A stretch of DNA of 64,000 nt from Candidatus Limnocylindrales bacterium (GTDB lineage Bacteria; Chloroflexota; Limnocylindria; Limnocylindrales; CSP1-4): the NCBI GenBank assembly GCA_035553915.1, contig DATMJK010000059.1, positions 5,396-69,395 on the forward strand, written 5' to 3'. Positions 31,539 through 42,220 of this stretch are shown here, piece by piece. Position 1 is the first letter of the stretch. Each line of letters starts with the position of its first letter. The notes under the pieces were generated by a model. The model was not told where the DNA came from, did not search any database, and saw only the letters and a list, made by a program, of their open reading frames with translations. A program made the translations under genes and the position numbers.

Positions 31539-32131
31539 CAGGCACCCCGCCCGGTCGAGCCCCGGCCGCGCGTTCCGCGCTCGGCTGCCACCTGGCCGAG
31601 GAACTCGTCGACAAGCCGGCGCTGACGGTCGTCGCTCATCGTCTCATTGATCACCCGGCCGGCAGCGAGCAGGGCCAGGTCGGCGACCTGGTCGCGAACG
31701 TCAGCCAGCGCGCGCAGGCGTTCGGCCTCGATGTCAGCCGTCGCCCGCTCGCGCAGGCGCTCGATCTCGGCTCGCGTCTCGGCCAGGTCACGCTCGCGCG
31801 ACTCGTCGGCGACCTTCTGCGAGCGAGCGAGGACATCCTGTGCCTCCGTGCGGGCAGCGGCCAGCACGGCCAACCGCTCCTCCGCCGCGCGCTCGCGCTC
31901 CTGCCGCGCCGCGTCTGCATCACGCAGTCCCTGCTCGATGCGCGAACGGCGCTCCTCCAGCACCCCGCCGATCCGGCGAAAGGCGACGAAGTAGAGGATG
32001 GCCAGGAAGATCAGGAACGTCGCCGCCTGGGTGACGACCCAGAACAGGTTGATCTGGAAGCCGGTCTCGGCGTCGAAGACGGTCGTCAGGCCGTCGCCAA
32101 AGCTCGAGACCGCGGCGGCGAGCAAGATCAT
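31538..32131 (-). CDS. atpF: Fo ATP synthase b subunit
   Basis: One N-terminal TM helix followed by a long charged helix (EERRSRIEQGLRDADAARQERERAAEERL). Operon position fits. Confidence 0.85.
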   Translation of the reverse strand: MILLAAAVSSFGDGLTTVFDAETGFQINLFWVVTQAATFLIFLAILYFVAFRRIGGVLEERRSRIEQGLRDADAARQERERAAEERLAVLAAARTEAQDVLARSQKVADESRERDLAETRAEIERLRERATADIEAERLRALADVRDQVADLALLAAGRVINETMSDDRQRRLVDEFLGQVAAERGTRGRGSTGRGA

Positions 32132-32155
32132 CGCCGGCTCTCTCTATGCTGCCGT

Positions 32156-32368
32156 CTAGCCGAGGAAGATGGCCAGGATGCCGACGACCACCGCCAGCAC
32201 GCCGAGGCCCTCGGCGAAGGCGGCGCCGATGATGAACGTCGCGCGGATCTGCGGCGCGGCGTCAGGGTTGCGGCCGATGGCGCTGGTCGCCATGCCGGTC
32301 AGGATGCCGATGCCCAGGCCGGGGCCGATGACGCCCAGCGCGGCGAGGCCCGCTCCGATGATCTCCAT
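32156..32368 (-). CDS. atpE: Fo ATP synthase c subunit
   Basis: 70-aa two-helix hairpin with loop GRNPD and the carboxylate in AFAEGLGVLAVVV. Confidence 0.9.
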   Translation of the reverse strand: MEIIGAGLAALGVIGPGLGIGILTGMATSAIGRNPDAAPQIRATFIIGAAFAEGLGVLAVVVGILAIFLG

Positions 32369-32428
32369 GTTCTCGTTGCTCCTCCTGCTTGCCGGCCGGT
32401 GGCCGGTCGATTGGCCTTGAGTCAGGGC

Positions 32429-33529
32429 TCAGGCGTTTGCCTGGCCGTGGACCTCCGGTTGAATGTTGCCCTCCGGCAGCGCCGGCTCCCGATGGCCCGC
32501 CCCATGCTCGTCATGGTGCTCTTCGTGGTGGCTCTCGATCGCGGCGATGGTGAACATCAGCGCCAGCACCGAGAAGATCAGCGCCTGCATGAAGTTGAGC
32601 AGCACCTCGAGCCCGAACATCGCGACCGGGATGAGGAAGATCGTGAGGGCGCTGATCACGCCGAGCGCGATCTCGCCAGCGTAGATGTTGCCGAAGAGAC
32701 GCATCGACAGCGTGACCGGCTTGACGAACTCGAGCAGGAACTCGAGCACGCCGACGAACAGCCCGATGATGCCCGCCCCGATGCCGTCCTTGAACGCGCG
32801 CAGGCTGAAGAACTTGCCGAAGTAGCCGCCAAGGCCGAGCGCGCGCACGCCCTCGATGTGGAACATCGCGAACGCGACGACGGCCAGGCCAATGGTCACG
32901 TTGACGTCGCTCGTGGGCGCGCGCAGCTCGAGCGTCCGGCCGACGAACGGCATCAGGCCGCTCCAGTTGCTGAGCAGGATGAACAGGAAGAAGGCAACGA
33001 AGACCGGCACGTAACGCCGCGCCGCCGGACCGCCGAGCGAGGTGGCGAAGTTGGCCAGGCCCTCGTAGACGTACTCGAGCGCGTTCTGCCGCCGGCCGGG
33101 CACGACCGACACGCCGCGCGACAGCAGGATCGCCAGGACTAGGATGACCAGCATCACGATCCAGCCGGTGAAGATCGAGGCCGGGATGTTCAGCTGGAAG
33201 GTCAGGATGTCAGCCGAGGCCGCCTCGCCGAAGACGATGTGCGGCGCCGGCAGCTCGAAGTTGGCCAGGATCGCGTCCTGCGGGAAGGCGAACGGCTGGC
33301 CCTCAGCGTGAGCCGGCTCGCAGGGCACGACGCCCGGCTCGCAGGCGTAGGGCGGGACGACGAAAAGGGCCGCTGCCTGGAGCGCGATGATCGCCGCGAT
33401 GGCCAGCACCAGCCAGCGGACGTTGCCCTTCAGCGGCGCACGGACGACCTCACCCGACGTCTCGACGACGTCGCTGCCGATCTCGGGCCCGAGCGCCTCT
33501 CGCATGCGCTTCTCGGATTCGTCGGTCAC
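32429..33529 (-). CDS. atpB: Fo ATP synthase a subunit, extended form
   Basis: Conserved stator arginine region TLSMRLFGNIYAGE. At 366 aa it has about 100 extra N-terminal residues and a His/Glu-rich C-terminal tail (ESHHEEHHDEHGAGH). The start is uncertain. Confidence 0.85.
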   Translation of the reverse strand: MTDESEKRMREALGPEIGSDVVETSGEVVRAPLKGNVRWLVLAIAAIIALQAAALFVVPPYACEPGVVPCEPAHAEGQPFAFPQDAILANFELPAPHIVFGEAASADILTFQLNIPASIFTGWIVMLVILVLAILLSRGVSVVPGRRQNALEYVYEGLANFATSLGGPAARRYVPVFVAFFLFILLSNWSGLMPFVGRTLELRAPTSDVNVTIGLAVVAFAMFHIEGVRALGLGGYFGKFFSLRAFKDGIGAGIIGLFVGVLEFLLEFVKPVTLSMRLFGNIYAGEIALGVISALTIFLIPVAMFGLEVLLNFMQALIFSVLALMFTIAAIESHHEEHHDEHGAGHREPALPEGNIQPEVHGQANA

Positions 33530-33621
33530 TCTCTCCCCGCTCGGCGCGGCCTTGCCAGCCGCGCTCGACAGTCTGATCTGGGCTCAACTCTGGCTGGGGC
33601 TTGTCTTTGGCTGGGAGTTCT

Positions 33622-33843
33622 CTACTCGAACCGGGCCAGGAACCGGGTTATCAGCACGTAGACGCCGTAACCTCCGCCCCCGAAGCCGAGGAGCAACCCC
33701 ACCAGCACGAAGATGGGAAGCGTTCCCAGGCTCTGGTCCAGCCAGTATCCGAGCAGGACCCCGATGAGCGTCGTGACCAGCAAAGTGATCGCGATCTCCG
33801 AGAAGAGGGCCAGGTATGCACCCGCCCGCCCGAACTCGTTCAT
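33622..33843 (-). CDS. AtpZ/AtpI-like small membrane protein
   Basis: 73 aa with two TM helices (YLALFSEIAITLLVTTLIGVLLGYWLD, LPIFVLVGLLLGFGGGGYGVYVLI), immediately upstream of atpB. ATG 33843 is Met45 of track ORF 33622..33975. Confidence 0.6.
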   Translation of the reverse strand: MNEFGRAGAYLALFSEIAITLLVTTLIGVLLGYWLDQSLGTLPIFVLVGLLLGFGGGGYGVYVLITRFLARFE

Positions 33844-33880
33844 CGGCCTCCCGGCAACGCGGGGCGAGTATAGCAGCCGC

Positions 33881-35143
33881 TCACGGCCTGCCCTGTTCGC
33901 CGCCCGGCTTGTCTCGGTCTGCCGGCGAGCCGGCCGGCTCGGGCGGGTCCGGCTCGGGCCGGTCCACCATCTCACGCAAGCCGCTCAACAGTTCCGGCTC
34001 GGGCTCGTCGGGGTAGTTGCGCCGCTCGAGGCTACCCTCGGCGCGGCGGGTCAGCACGTACAGCACGACGCCGCCGGCGACGACGATGATCAGGAACGCC
34101 GAGATCTGGCCGCGTCCTGACAGGGCCAGGCTCAGCACAGCCAGCACGGTGCACAGAGCGTAGATGACAAGCACTGCCCGTCGATGCGAGAGCCCCAGGT
34201 CGAGCAGCCGGTGGTGGAAGTGACCGCGATCCGGTGAGAACGGGGATCGGCGCTCGGATAGGCGCCGGAGGATGATCCAGAAGGTGTCGATGATCGGCAC
34301 GCCCAGCACGAGCAACGCCACCGCCACCTTGGCCGAGCCGATGACTGACAGCACCGCCAGCGCGTAGCCAATGGCGAACACGCCCGCCGTGCCTAGGAAG
34401 ATCCGCGCCGGGTGGAAGTTGAACGGCAGGAAGCCGAGCAGCGAGCCAGCGAGCAGGGCGCACAGCAGCGCGACCATCGGCTGCGGCTCGGGCGGGAAGA
34501 GCGAGACGGCGCCGAGCGTGACGGCGGCGATCAGAGCAATGCCTGTCAGCAGGCCGTCCAGGCCATCGACGAAGTTCGCGCTGTTGATCATGCCCACGAC
34601 CCACAGCGCCGTCACCGCCATCGCCGCCGGCCCGGCGAAGCGCAGCGGCGGGCCGCCGAGCGGGTTGGCCATGTTGTCGATCAGCACACCGCTGGCGATC
34701 GCGATCAGGGCCAGCAGCGCCTGGCCGCCGAACTGCCAGCGCGCGCGCAACTCGAAGCGGTCGTCGAGGTAGCCCAGGATGGCCCCGACCGCGACGCCGC
34801 CGAACAGGGCGGCGACCTGCGGGACGCGCACGGCGCGCATCGGTGGCGCCACGCCGAGCGCCTGGGCGACGACGAAGCCAATGGTTCCGACACCGACCAG
34901 CGCGAGCGCGATCGCCAGGCCCCCGCTGCGCGGCGTCGGCTGCTCATGGACCCGCCGCGCGGCCCCCGGCAGGTCGATCGTCTTGAGGCGCGGCGCCAGG
35001 CGGATGGCCAGCGGCGTCAGCAGGAACGAGGCGACGGCCGTGGCCGCCGCTGCGGCGAGCAGGAGGGGGACGTACGAGAGGGCCGCGTCGATGGCCGCCT
35101 GGGTCACCTCTCGGGCAGGCCCGGCACCGGGAAGCGGCCGCAC
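33881..35143 (-). CDS. polyprenol-phosphate N-acetylhexosamine-1-phosphate transferase (MraY/WecA family)
   Basis: Polytopic protein with [21 protein letters not shown] and [10 protein letters not shown] motifs of the MraY/WecA/TagO family. The 5' end overlaps the glyA 3' end, so the start is uncertain. Confidence 0.85.
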   Translation of the reverse strand: MRPLPGAGPAREVTQAAIDAALSYVPLLLAAAAATAVASFLLTPLAIRLAPRLKTIDLPGAARRVHEQPTPRSGGLAIALALVGVGTIGFVVAQALGVAPPMRAVRVPQVAALFGGVAVGAILGYLDDRFELRARWQFGGQALLALIAIASGVLIDNMANPLGGPPLRFAGPAAMAVTALWVVGMINSANFVDGLDGLLTGIALIAAVTLGAVSLFPPEPQPMVALLCALLAGSLLGFLPFNFHPARIFLGTAGVFAIGYALAVLSVIGSAKVAVALLVLGVPIIDTFWIILRRLSERRSPFSPDRGHFHHRLLDLGLSHRRAVLVIYALCTVLAVLSLALSGRGQISAFLIIVVAGGVVLYVLTRRAEGSLERRNYPDEPEPELLSGLREMVDRPEPDPPEPAGSPADRDKPGGEQGRP

Positions 35144-36384
35144 ATCGCGCGCACCTCGGCGGCCAGGCCGGCCTTGGCCTGATCGTCGTCACGACCCTCG
35201 ATCGCACCCACGATCAGCCGCCCGATGTCGCGCATCTCGGCCGTGCCGAAGCCGCGCGTCGTGGTCGCGGGCGTGCCGACGCGGATGCCTGAGGCGATGT
35301 TCGGCGGGTTGGCATCGAAGGGGATGGCGTTCTTGTTGACGGTGATGCCGATCTCGTCGAGCAGGGCCTCGGCCTCGCGGCCGGTGACGCCGAGCGGCGT
35401 GACGTCGACGAGCATCAGGTGGTTGTCCGTGCCGCCGGAGACGACGCGCGCGCCGTGGTCGGCGAGCGTCTCGGCCAGCACGCTCGCGTTCTCGACGGTG
35501 CGTCGCATGTCCTCGCGGAAGTCTCCTTCTGCGGCAAGCTTGAGGGCTACTGCCTTGGCAGCGATGACGTGCATCAGCGGCCCGCCCTGGATGCCCGGGA
35601 AGACCGTCTTATCGACCTGCCTGGCGAGGTCGGCGCGGCTGAAGACCAGGCCGCCGCGCGGGCCGCGCAGGGTCTTGTGGGTGGTCGTCGTCACGAGATC
35701 GGCGTGCGGGAAGGGATTCGGATGGAGGCCGGCGGCGACCAGGCCGGCGATGTGCGCCATGTCGACCATCAGCAGCGCGTCGACCTCGCGGGCGATGGCA
35801 GCCATGCGCTCGAAGTCGATGATCCGCGGGTAGGCGCTGGCGCCGGCGACGAGCATCTTGGGTCGCACCTCGTGCGCCTGGGCAGCGAGCGCGTCGTAGT
35901 CGATCCGGGCGTCGTCCTCGCGGACGCCGTAGGCGTGGACCTCGAACCACTTGCCGCTGAAGTTGACCGGTGAGCCGTGGGTCAGGTGGCCGCCGTGGGC
36001 GAGGCTCATGCCCAGGATGCGGTCGCCGATCTCGAGCACTGCCAGGTAGGCGGCCATGTTCGCCTGCGCGCCCGAGTGGGGCTGGACGTTGACATGCTCC
36101 GCGCCCGGGAAGAGTGCCAGCGCGCGCTGCTGAGCGAGGCGCTCAGCCTCGTCCACGAACTCGCAGCCGCCGTAGTAGCGCTTGCCGGGCAGCCCCTCAG
36201 CGTACTTGTTGGTCAGCCACGAGCCCTGCGCCTCGAGCACGGCTGCGAAGGCGTAGTTCTCGCTGGCGATGAGCTCGATCTTCCAGCGCTGGCGCTCCGC
36301 CTCGCCGAGCATCTGCGCCCACAGATCCGGATCGACCTCGGCCAGCGATGCCCAGGCGGTCGGAGAGGAGGTCGGGACGCTCAT
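35104..36384 (-). CDS. glyA: serine hydroxymethyltransferase
   Basis: ELIASENY, the PLP-lysine region [15 protein letters not shown], and full-length similarity. Confidence 0.97.
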   Translation of the reverse strand: MSVPTSSPTAWASLAEVDPDLWAQMLGEAERQRWKIELIASENYAFAAVLEAQGSWLTNKYAEGLPGKRYYGGCEFVDEAERLAQQRALALFPGAEHVNVQPHSGAQANMAAYLAVLEIGDRILGMSLAHGGHLTHGSPVNFSGKWFEVHAYGVREDDARIDYDALAAQAHEVRPKMLVAGASAYPRIIDFERMAAIAREVDALLMVDMAHIAGLVAAGLHPNPFPHADLVTTTTHKTLRGPRGGLVFSRADLARQVDKTVFPGIQGGPLMHVIAAKAVALKLAAEGDFREDMRRTVENASVLAETLADHGARVVSGGTDNHLMLVDVTPLGVTGREAEALLDEIGITVNKNAIPFDANPPNIASGIRVGTPATTTRGFGTAEMRDIGRLIVGAIEGRDDDQAKAGLAAEVRAMCGRFPVPGLPER

Positions 36385-37016
36385 CAGCGGTCAAGTGTAG
36401 CGGTGGCTGCCCGGACATCTCGCTCGCTGAGCGCGCCCTCGCGCAGCACCCGCGCGGGCTCGCCGGCGAGGCAGGCGACGACCGTCGAAGGGACCCCGCC
36501 GCGGACCGGGCCGTCATCGATGACCAGCTCGATTGCCTCGCCGAGAGAGGCCAGCACCTGCTGGGCGGTCGTCGCGTCAGGCTGGCCGGACACGTTGGCT
36601 GACGACGCCGCGATAGGCCCGAGCAGCCGCGCCAGCGCTCGCGGCACGTGGTGGTCTGGCAGCCGCAGGCCGAGCGTCGGCCGGCCGCCGCCCAGCTCCG
36701 CCGGCAGCTCTACGTCAGGTCGCCGATCTAGGACGAGCGTCAGCGGGCCGGGCCAGTAGCGCTCGGCCAGGGCCATGGCTGCGGGAGGCAGCTGCGCGAT
36801 CGCGCGCGCCTGCGCGAGCGAGTCGATGAGCAGCTGGATGCCCTTCTCCGCCGAGCGCCGTTTGGCCTCGATGAGCCGGCTGACACCCGCCTCGTTCGGT
36901 AGCACCGCCACGCCGTAAACGGTCTCGGTCGGGACGGAGATGACGCCGCCGCCGCGCAGGCACTCAGCGGCGCGTTCAATCGCGCCTGGCGCCAGAGAAG
37001 AGATCAGCTCAGCCAC
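36384..37016 (-). CDS. tsaC: L-threonylcarbamoyladenylate synthase (TsaC/YwlC/Sua5 family)
   Basis: [26 protein letters not shown] and SANVSGQP motifs. Confidence 0.85.
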   Translation of the reverse strand: MAELISSLAPGAIERAAECLRGGGVISVPTETVYGVAVLPNEAGVSRLIEAKRRSAEKGIQLLIDSLAQARAIAQLPPAAMALAERYWPGPLTLVLDRRPDVELPAELGGGRPTLGLRLPDHHVPRALARLLGPIAASSANVSGQPDATTAQQVLASLGEAIELVIDDGPVRGGVPSTVVACLAGEPARVLREGALSERDVRAATATLDR

Positions 37017-37911
37017 GGCTCAATTCTGCGACGCGCGGCAGCCCGGCGAGGTCAGCGTGGATGGCCATGACCCAGCCGGGCAGACGGCGCGGAACCTCCG
37101 CGGCCAGCGCATCCGCCTGGTCGGCACCAATCTCGAGCAGCGCCACCGCCCCCGCGGCGCTCGCCGCCGGCAGCTCGTCAAGCAGGCGGCGGACCAGGCC
37201 GAGCCCGTCCGGGCCACCGTCGAGCGCCAGGCGCGGCTCGAAGCTGGCTGCAATTGGCAGCGCCGGCAGCACGGACGACGGGATGTAGGGCAGGTTGGCT
37301 GCGACCAGGTCAGCCTGCCCGGCGCCGGGCAGTGCCAGCAGGTCAGCTTGGGCGAATTCGATCGTGTCGGCGACGCCGTGGCTGACGGCGTTCTCCATGG
37401 CCAGCCGCAGGGCATCGGCCGAGGCGTCGGTCGCGCGCAACCGCACGTCAGCCGCGAAGCCGCGACGACGGCACTCGACGGCCAGGCTGATCGCCACCGC
37501 GCCGCTGCCCGTGCCGACGTCCCATGCGGCCAGCGGCTGCGCGCCGGCCGGCCGCGGCGCACCCGTCAGTCGCCGGCCCAGCCAGTCCAGCGCCAGCTCG
37601 ACGAGCAGCTCCGTCTCCGGCCGCGGGATCAACGCCCGTGGGTCGACGCTGAAGGCCAGGCCGTAGAACTCCTTCAAGCCGCGGATGTAGGCCACTGGCT
37701 CACCTGCTGCGCGGCGATCCAGCAGCTCGGTGAAACGTGCCGCCTGGGCGGCCGAGACGGCGACCTCTGGATGTGCCATCAGGCCCGCCCGGCCGAGACC
37801 CAGGATGTGGCCGAGCAGCAGCTCGGCATCGAGCCGGGCGCTCTCAGAGCCCGCCTCGCGCAGCCGGGCGGAGCCATCTGCCAGCAGCCAGCCGATCGTC
37901 AGCTCAGCCAT
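37009..37911 (-). CDS. prmC: release-factor glutamine N5-methyltransferase
   Basis: VDPRALIPRPETE, SAM motif DVGTGSGAVAI and catalytic ANLPYI (NPPY-type). ATG 37911 is Met139 of track ORF 37009..38325. The upstream extension is Arg-rich and overlaps the neighbouring gene. Confidence 0.9.
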   Translation of the reverse strand: MAELTIGWLLADGSARLREAGSESARLDAELLLGHILGLGRAGLMAHPEVAVSAAQAARFTELLDRRAAGEPVAYIRGLKEFYGLAFSVDPRALIPRPETELLVELALDWLGRRLTGAPRPAGAQPLAAWDVGTGSGAVAISLAVECRRRGFAADVRLRATDASADALRLAMENAVSHGVADTIEFAQADLLALPGAGQADLVAANLPYIPSSVLPALPIAASFEPRLALDGGPDGLGLVRRLLDELPAASAAGAVALLEIGADQADALAAEVPRRLPGWVMAIHADLAGLPRVAELSRG

Positions 37912-39832
37912 CGAGCCAGGCCAGGAGGTCGTGCAGCTGGACCACCGCGCCTGCCGCCCAGGCCTGAGGCGAGCAGGCCATCGGGTACGGACGTGGCGGG
38001 TCCTCTGAGCGTGGCTCGCCGGAGAACAGCTCGGGCAGGCTGGCGTCCGGGAAGTGCTCGGCCGCCTCGAGGATCGTCCGTGCCACCATCCGCGCCTCCG
38101 CTGCCAGGCCGTAGCGCGCGAAGCCGGCGGCGCAGATCGCGTTGTCGTGCGGCCAGACGCTACCCTCGTGGTAGCTGAGCGGGTCGTAGCCACCCGTATC
38201 GCGGGCCAACGTGCGGATGCCCCAGCCGCTCCACATGGCCGGTGCGAGCAGCACCCTGGCCACCGATGCCGCCCGGTCCGGCGGGGCCGTGCCTGTCCAG
38301 AGCGCGTGGCCGGCGTTCGAGGCAACGGCGTCGACGGGCCGCTTCAGCCCGTCCAGGGCGAGCGCGTAAGTGCCCGCATCGGCCATCCAGAAGGCGTCCT
38401 CGAAGCGCTTCTGCAGCAGCGCCGCCGCCCGCTCCTGCCGCTCGGCGATGCGCGCCTCTCCGCGCAGGCCAGCGAGGCGGGTCATACCCAGCCGCGCAGC
38501 GTGGACGTAGGCCTGCACCTCGACCAACGCGATCGGACCCTCGGCGATGCGCCCGTCGTGGAAGCGGACGGCGGTCTGCGAATCCTTCCAGCCCTGGTTG
38601 GCCAGGCCGCGCCGGGAGTGGCGCTCGTACTCGACGAACCCGTCGCCATCGGTGTCGCCGTGCTCGTCTATCCAGCGCAGCGCGGCCAGCGCATGTGGCC
38701 ACAGCTGCTCGAGCGCTGCCCGGTCGCCTGTCTGACGGACGTACGCGTCGAGCAGCATCAGCCAGAGCGGGGTGGCATCGACGGTCCCGTAGTACGGCGT
38801 GTGCGGTATCTCGCCCAGCCGCGCCATCTCGCCCGTCCGCAGCTCGTGCAGGATCTTGCCCGGCTGCGCATCGCGCCAGTCGTCATGTTCGGTCGCCTGC
38901 AGCCGCGCGAGCACGGTCAAGGTGTCGCGCGCCAGCTCGGGCAGGTGGCGCAGCAGCTGCAACGCGGCAATGATCGAGTCGCGACCGAAGAGCGTGCTGT
39001 ACCACGGCAGGCCGGCCGCGAAGTAGCGCTCGCCGCTGGCGGCCTCGGTGTTGAGCAGCATCCGCAGATCAGTGACGGCCTGATGGTGGGCGCTGCCTTG
39101 CCAGCCCGGGACCGGCGTAAAGCTGGCACGCCACTCGCGGATGGCGCGAGCGGGCTCCTCGTGGCGCGCATCAGCACTGCCGGCGCTGTCGGTCGAGATC
39201 TGCAGCTGGAACTCCTGCCCCTCCGCGGGCGCCAGGCGCATGGAGGCCACCAGGACGGCACCGTCCGCGCTCCGTCGCGCGCTAAGGCCGGACGCGGTCA
39301 CGAACGTCCAGCGCTCGAGCCCATCCAGCCCGCGATGGCCAAGCTGCACCCTCCCCCGGCCAATCGCCGGCTCGAGCCGTTGCCCGCGCTTCGGTCGGGC
39401 GGCCCCGCGGACCTCGAAGATGTCCGCGAAGTCTGCTTCCAGATGAAGGGCGAGCTCGGCCGTTCTCGCCTCGGCCGAGCGATTGACCAGGCGCACGCGC
39501 TCGATCAACGTGCCGCCGGCGACATGCCGCTCGCGGCGAATCGCCAGGCCGCCGTCATCGGCCGCCAGCTCGACCAGCTCTCCATAGCCGTCGACACGGC
39601 GGTGCTCCCGCGGCTCCGGCGCCGAACCATTGATCAGCAGCTCCAGGCGGGAGAGGACACGCGTGTCGCCCTCGTACAGGCCGAGGCCCTGGTCGCCGGC
39701 GCGCACGTCGCCACGCTGGTCGCTGACCAGGTACAGCGCGCCGTGCTTGATGACCGAGGTGCCGCGCAGGTCGCGCGCCCGCCCATCTCGGCTTTCGCCC
39801 TGTTCGGCCGCAAAGACGTCCTCGGTGCTCAT
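37904..39832 (-). CDS. glycogen-debranching-enzyme-like protein (GDE_N_bis + amylo-alpha-1,6-glucosidase GDE_C)
   Basis: STLFGRDSIIAALQ, GKILHELRTGEM, GLANQGWKDS and EGSVWPHDNA motifs of archaeal-type debranching enzymes. The 3' end overlaps the prmC start by 8 nt. Confidence 0.8.
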   Translation of the reverse strand: MSTEDVFAAEQGESRDGRARDLRGTSVIKHGALYLVSDQRGDVRAGDQGLGLYEGDTRVLSRLELLINGSAPEPREHRRVDGYGELVELAADDGGLAIRRERHVAGGTLIERVRLVNRSAEARTAELALHLEADFADIFEVRGAARPKRGQRLEPAIGRGRVQLGHRGLDGLERWTFVTASGLSARRSADGAVLVASMRLAPAEGQEFQLQISTDSAGSADARHEEPARAIREWRASFTPVPGWQGSAHHQAVTDLRMLLNTEAASGERYFAAGLPWYSTLFGRDSIIAALQLLRHLPELARDTLTVLARLQATEHDDWRDAQPGKILHELRTGEMARLGEIPHTPYYGTVDATPLWLMLLDAYVRQTGDRAALEQLWPHALAALRWIDEHGDTDGDGFVEYERHSRRGLANQGWKDSQTAVRFHDGRIAEGPIALVEVQAYVHAARLGMTRLAGLRGEARIAERQERAAALLQKRFEDAFWMADAGTYALALDGLKRPVDAVASNAGHALWTGTAPPDRAASVARVLLAPAMWSGWGIRTLARDTGGYDPLSYHEGSVWPHDNAICAAGFARYGLAAEARMVARTILEAAEHFPDASLPELFSGEPRSEDPPRPYPMACSPQAWAAGAVVQLHDLLAWLDG

Positions 39833-39844
39833 TGGCCGGTCGCC

Positions 39845-40942
39845 TCAGGCAGCCGCGCCACCCGGCTCGTCGGCAAGCTGGGCCAGCCGCTGTGCCTGGT
39901 CGAGCTCGATCAGTTCGTCGAGCAGCCGGTCGAGCTCACCGTCCAGTACGCCCGGCAGGTTATGCAGATCGCGGTCGATGCGGTGATCGGTCAGCCGATC
40001 CTGCGGGAAGTTGTATGTCCGGATCTTTTCCGCCCGCTCGGCCGAGCCGACCATGCTGCGCCGCACCTCGGCCTCGGCTTCGTGGGCCTTGCGCTGCTCC
40101 ATCTCGAGCAGCCGCGCGCGGAGCACGGTCATCGCCTTGGCACGGTTCTTGTGCTGGCTCTTCTCGTCCTGGATGGCGACCACCAGGCCCGATGGCAGGT
40201 GGGTGATGCGCACGGCCGAGTCGGTGGTGTTCACGCTCTGGCCGCCCGGGCCCTGCGAGCGGTAGACGTCGATGCGAAGGTCCTTCTCGTCGATCTGCAC
40301 GTCGACCTCGTCTGCCTCGGGCAGGACGGCGACGGTGGCCGTGCTTGTGTGGATGCGGCCGCTTGATTCGGTCTGCGGCACGCGCTGGACGCGGTGGACG
40401 CCGCCCTCGTACTTCAGCCGGCTGTAGGCACCCTGGCCGCGAACCTCGAAGATCACCTCGCGCAGGCCACCGATGCCAGTCTCGCTGGCGCTGAGCAGCT
40501 CGGTCTGCCAGCGCCGCCGCTCCGCGTAGCGGCTGTACATCCGGAACAGCTCAGCGGCGAAGAGTGTCGCCTCGTCGCCCCCGGTGCCGGCACGGATCTC
40601 GATGATCACGTTGCGCTCGTCATTTGGGTCGCGCGGCAGGAGCAGCACGCGCAGGCGCTCTAGCGCCGCCGCCTCCTCGTGCTCGCCTCCCTCGATGAGC
40701 TCCTGGGCCATCCGCCGCAGCTCAGGATCGGCCTCGGTCTCACGCGACTGGCGCGCGCTGGCCAGCGCCTCGCGCGTCCGGCGCAGCGAGCGGTACTCCT
40801 CGACGATCGGCGCCAGCTGGGCATGCTCCTGGCCAAGCCGGCGGGCCAGGTCCTGGTCCGTCAACACCTCGGGCCGAGTCCACTCCTGCTCGATCTCGGC
40901 CAGCCGCCGCTCGATCTCCTCCAGCCGCTGGTCGAGGCTCAT
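39845..40942 (-). CDS. prfA: peptide chain release factor 1
   Basis: GGQ motif [25 protein letters not shown]. The codon-recognition tripeptide region [14 protein letters not shown] is RF1 PxT type. Confidence 0.95.
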   Translation of the reverse strand: MSLDQRLEEIERRLAEIEQEWTRPEVLTDQDLARRLGQEHAQLAPIVEEYRSLRRTREALASARQSRETEADPELRRMAQELIEGGEHEEAAALERLRVLLLPRDPNDERNVIIEIRAGTGGDEATLFAAELFRMYSRYAERRRWQTELLSASETGIGGLREVIFEVRGQGAYSRLKYEGGVHRVQRVPQTESSGRIHTSTATVAVLPEADEVDVQIDEKDLRIDVYRSQGPGGQSVNTTDSAVRITHLPSGLVVAIQDEKSQHKNRAKAMTVLRARLLEMEQRKAHEAEAEVRRSMVGSAERAEKIRTYNFPQDRLTDHRIDRDLHNLPGVLDGELDRLLDELIELDQAQRLAQLADEPGGAAA

Positions 40943-41955
40943 TGGGCCAGGCTGTCGGCCGGTCCTGAGGGCTCAGCGGCCGGCTCGCGGCCGGGCTGGT
41001 CGTCAGTCGCCGCCGGCAGGTCCTCGCCCGGACCCGGGATCGGGCGGCGCGCAGGATCGAGGCTGCCCTCCGGTGCGGTATCGCCGTTGGCGGCCAGCGC
41101 CTCACGCATCGAGGCGATGGCAACCTCGATCATCGAGTCATCCGGCTGGCGCGTCGTGATCGCCTGCAGCCAGATGCCGGGCAGGAACAGCCAGCGGATC
41201 CACCAGCGATGACGGTGTCGGGCACCAAAGCGCAGGATCTCGTAGGCGATCGAGGCGATGACCGGCAGCATCGCGATCCGACCGAGGATGCTGACTAGCA
41301 GGGTCTGGCCGGCAAACAGGCTGAAGAGCAGGATGCTGAGCACGATGAACACGACCAGGAACTCCGTCCCGCAGCGCTGGTGCGCTGTCGGGTAGCGGCG
41401 CACGTGTTCCACGTCGAGCGGGTCGTCGCGCTCGAGCGCATGGATCGTCATGTGCTCCGCGCCGTGGTATTGGAAGACACGCCGGATCTCACCCGACTGG
41501 CTGACCAGCAGCAGGTAGCCGACGAAGATGACCACGCGGATCAGGCCTTCGAGGATGTGCTCGAGCAGCGCCTGGTCCGGACCCAGCGTTGCCCGCGTCG
41601 TGAAGTTGGCGATCAGCAACGGCAGCAGCACGAACAGGCCTATCGCCAGCCCAAGCGTGAAGAGCAGCGTCAGCGCGATCGCGCCGCGCCCCATCTCCTC
41701 GCCGGCGGCTCGTGCTTGGACCTGGCCTGAGCGCATCAGCCAGCGCGTCCCAACGACCAGCATCTCGTACAGCACGACCAAGCCGCGGAAGAACGGCGCG
41801 CGCGCGAAACGGTTGCGGTGGAGGATGGAGTTGAGCGGCTCGGCGGTGGCGACGATCGATCCGTCCGGGTGGCGCAGCGCGATCCCGATCGCGTTGCGGC
41901 CGCGCATCAGCACGCCCTCCATCAGGGCTTGGCCGCCGTAGTCGACGCGTGGCAT
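40939..41955 (-). CDS. DUF1385-family membrane protein
   Basis: YGGQALMEGVLMRG N-terminus, HGAEHM motif and C-terminal TM helices. It sits in the frequently observed position between rpmE and prfA and overlaps prfA by 4 nt. Confidence 0.8.
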   Translation of the reverse strand: MPRVDYGGQALMEGVLMRGRNAIGIALRHPDGSIVATAEPLNSILHRNRFARAPFFRGLVVLYEMLVVGTRWLMRSGQVQARAAGEEMGRGAIALTLLFTLGLAIGLFVLLPLLIANFTTRATLGPDQALLEHILEGLIRVVIFVGYLLLVSQSGEIRRVFQYHGAEHMTIHALERDDPLDVEHVRRYPTAHQRCGTEFLVVFIVLSILLFSLFAGQTLLVSILGRIAMLPVIASIAYEILRFGARHRHRWWIRWLFLPGIWLQAITTRQPDDSMIEVAIASMREALAANGDTAPEGSLDPARRPIPGPGEDLPAATDDQPGREPAAEPSGPADSLAQ

Positions 41956-42007
41956 CAGCGCAGTCTAGGCCCGGGCCGCGCTGGGACAGCGAACGGGCGG
42001 CACGCGC

Positions 42008-42220
42008 TCAGGCGCGCGCGGAACGCTCGAGGCGCCTCTGGAAGCGCTCGACCTGGCCGGCCGTGTCGACGATCGTCTGCTTGCCGGTGAAGAAGGGGTG
42101 GCAGTTCGAGCAGATCTCGACGCGCAGCGATTCCTGGGTCGAGCCGACCTCGAAGGTCGTATGGCACGAGCCGCAGGTCACCTGGGCCTTCTGGTAGCGA
42201 GGATGGATGTCCGTCTTCAT
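42008..42220 (-). CDS. rpmE: 50S ribosomal protein L31 (zinc-binding type A)
   Basis: [14 protein letters not shown]...[10 protein letters not shown]. Confidence 0.95.
   Translation of the reverse strand: MKTDIHPRYQKAQVTCGSCHTTFEVGSTQESLRVEICSNCHPFFTGKQTIVDTAGQVERFQRRLERSARA

Noticed and set aside
37912-38325. N-terminal 138-aa extension of the prmC track ORF
   Set aside because: It is Arg/Thr/Ser-rich, overlaps the GDE-like gene, and the PrmC homology begins at MAELTIGW (ATG 37911).
38054-40366. 770-aa plus-strand ORF, the longest antisense ORF in the window
   Set aside because: It is antisense to the GDE-like gene and prfA, both with strong family motifs. The translation is low-complexity Arg/Ala/Leu/Gly. 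No stop codons occur by chance because of GC bias.
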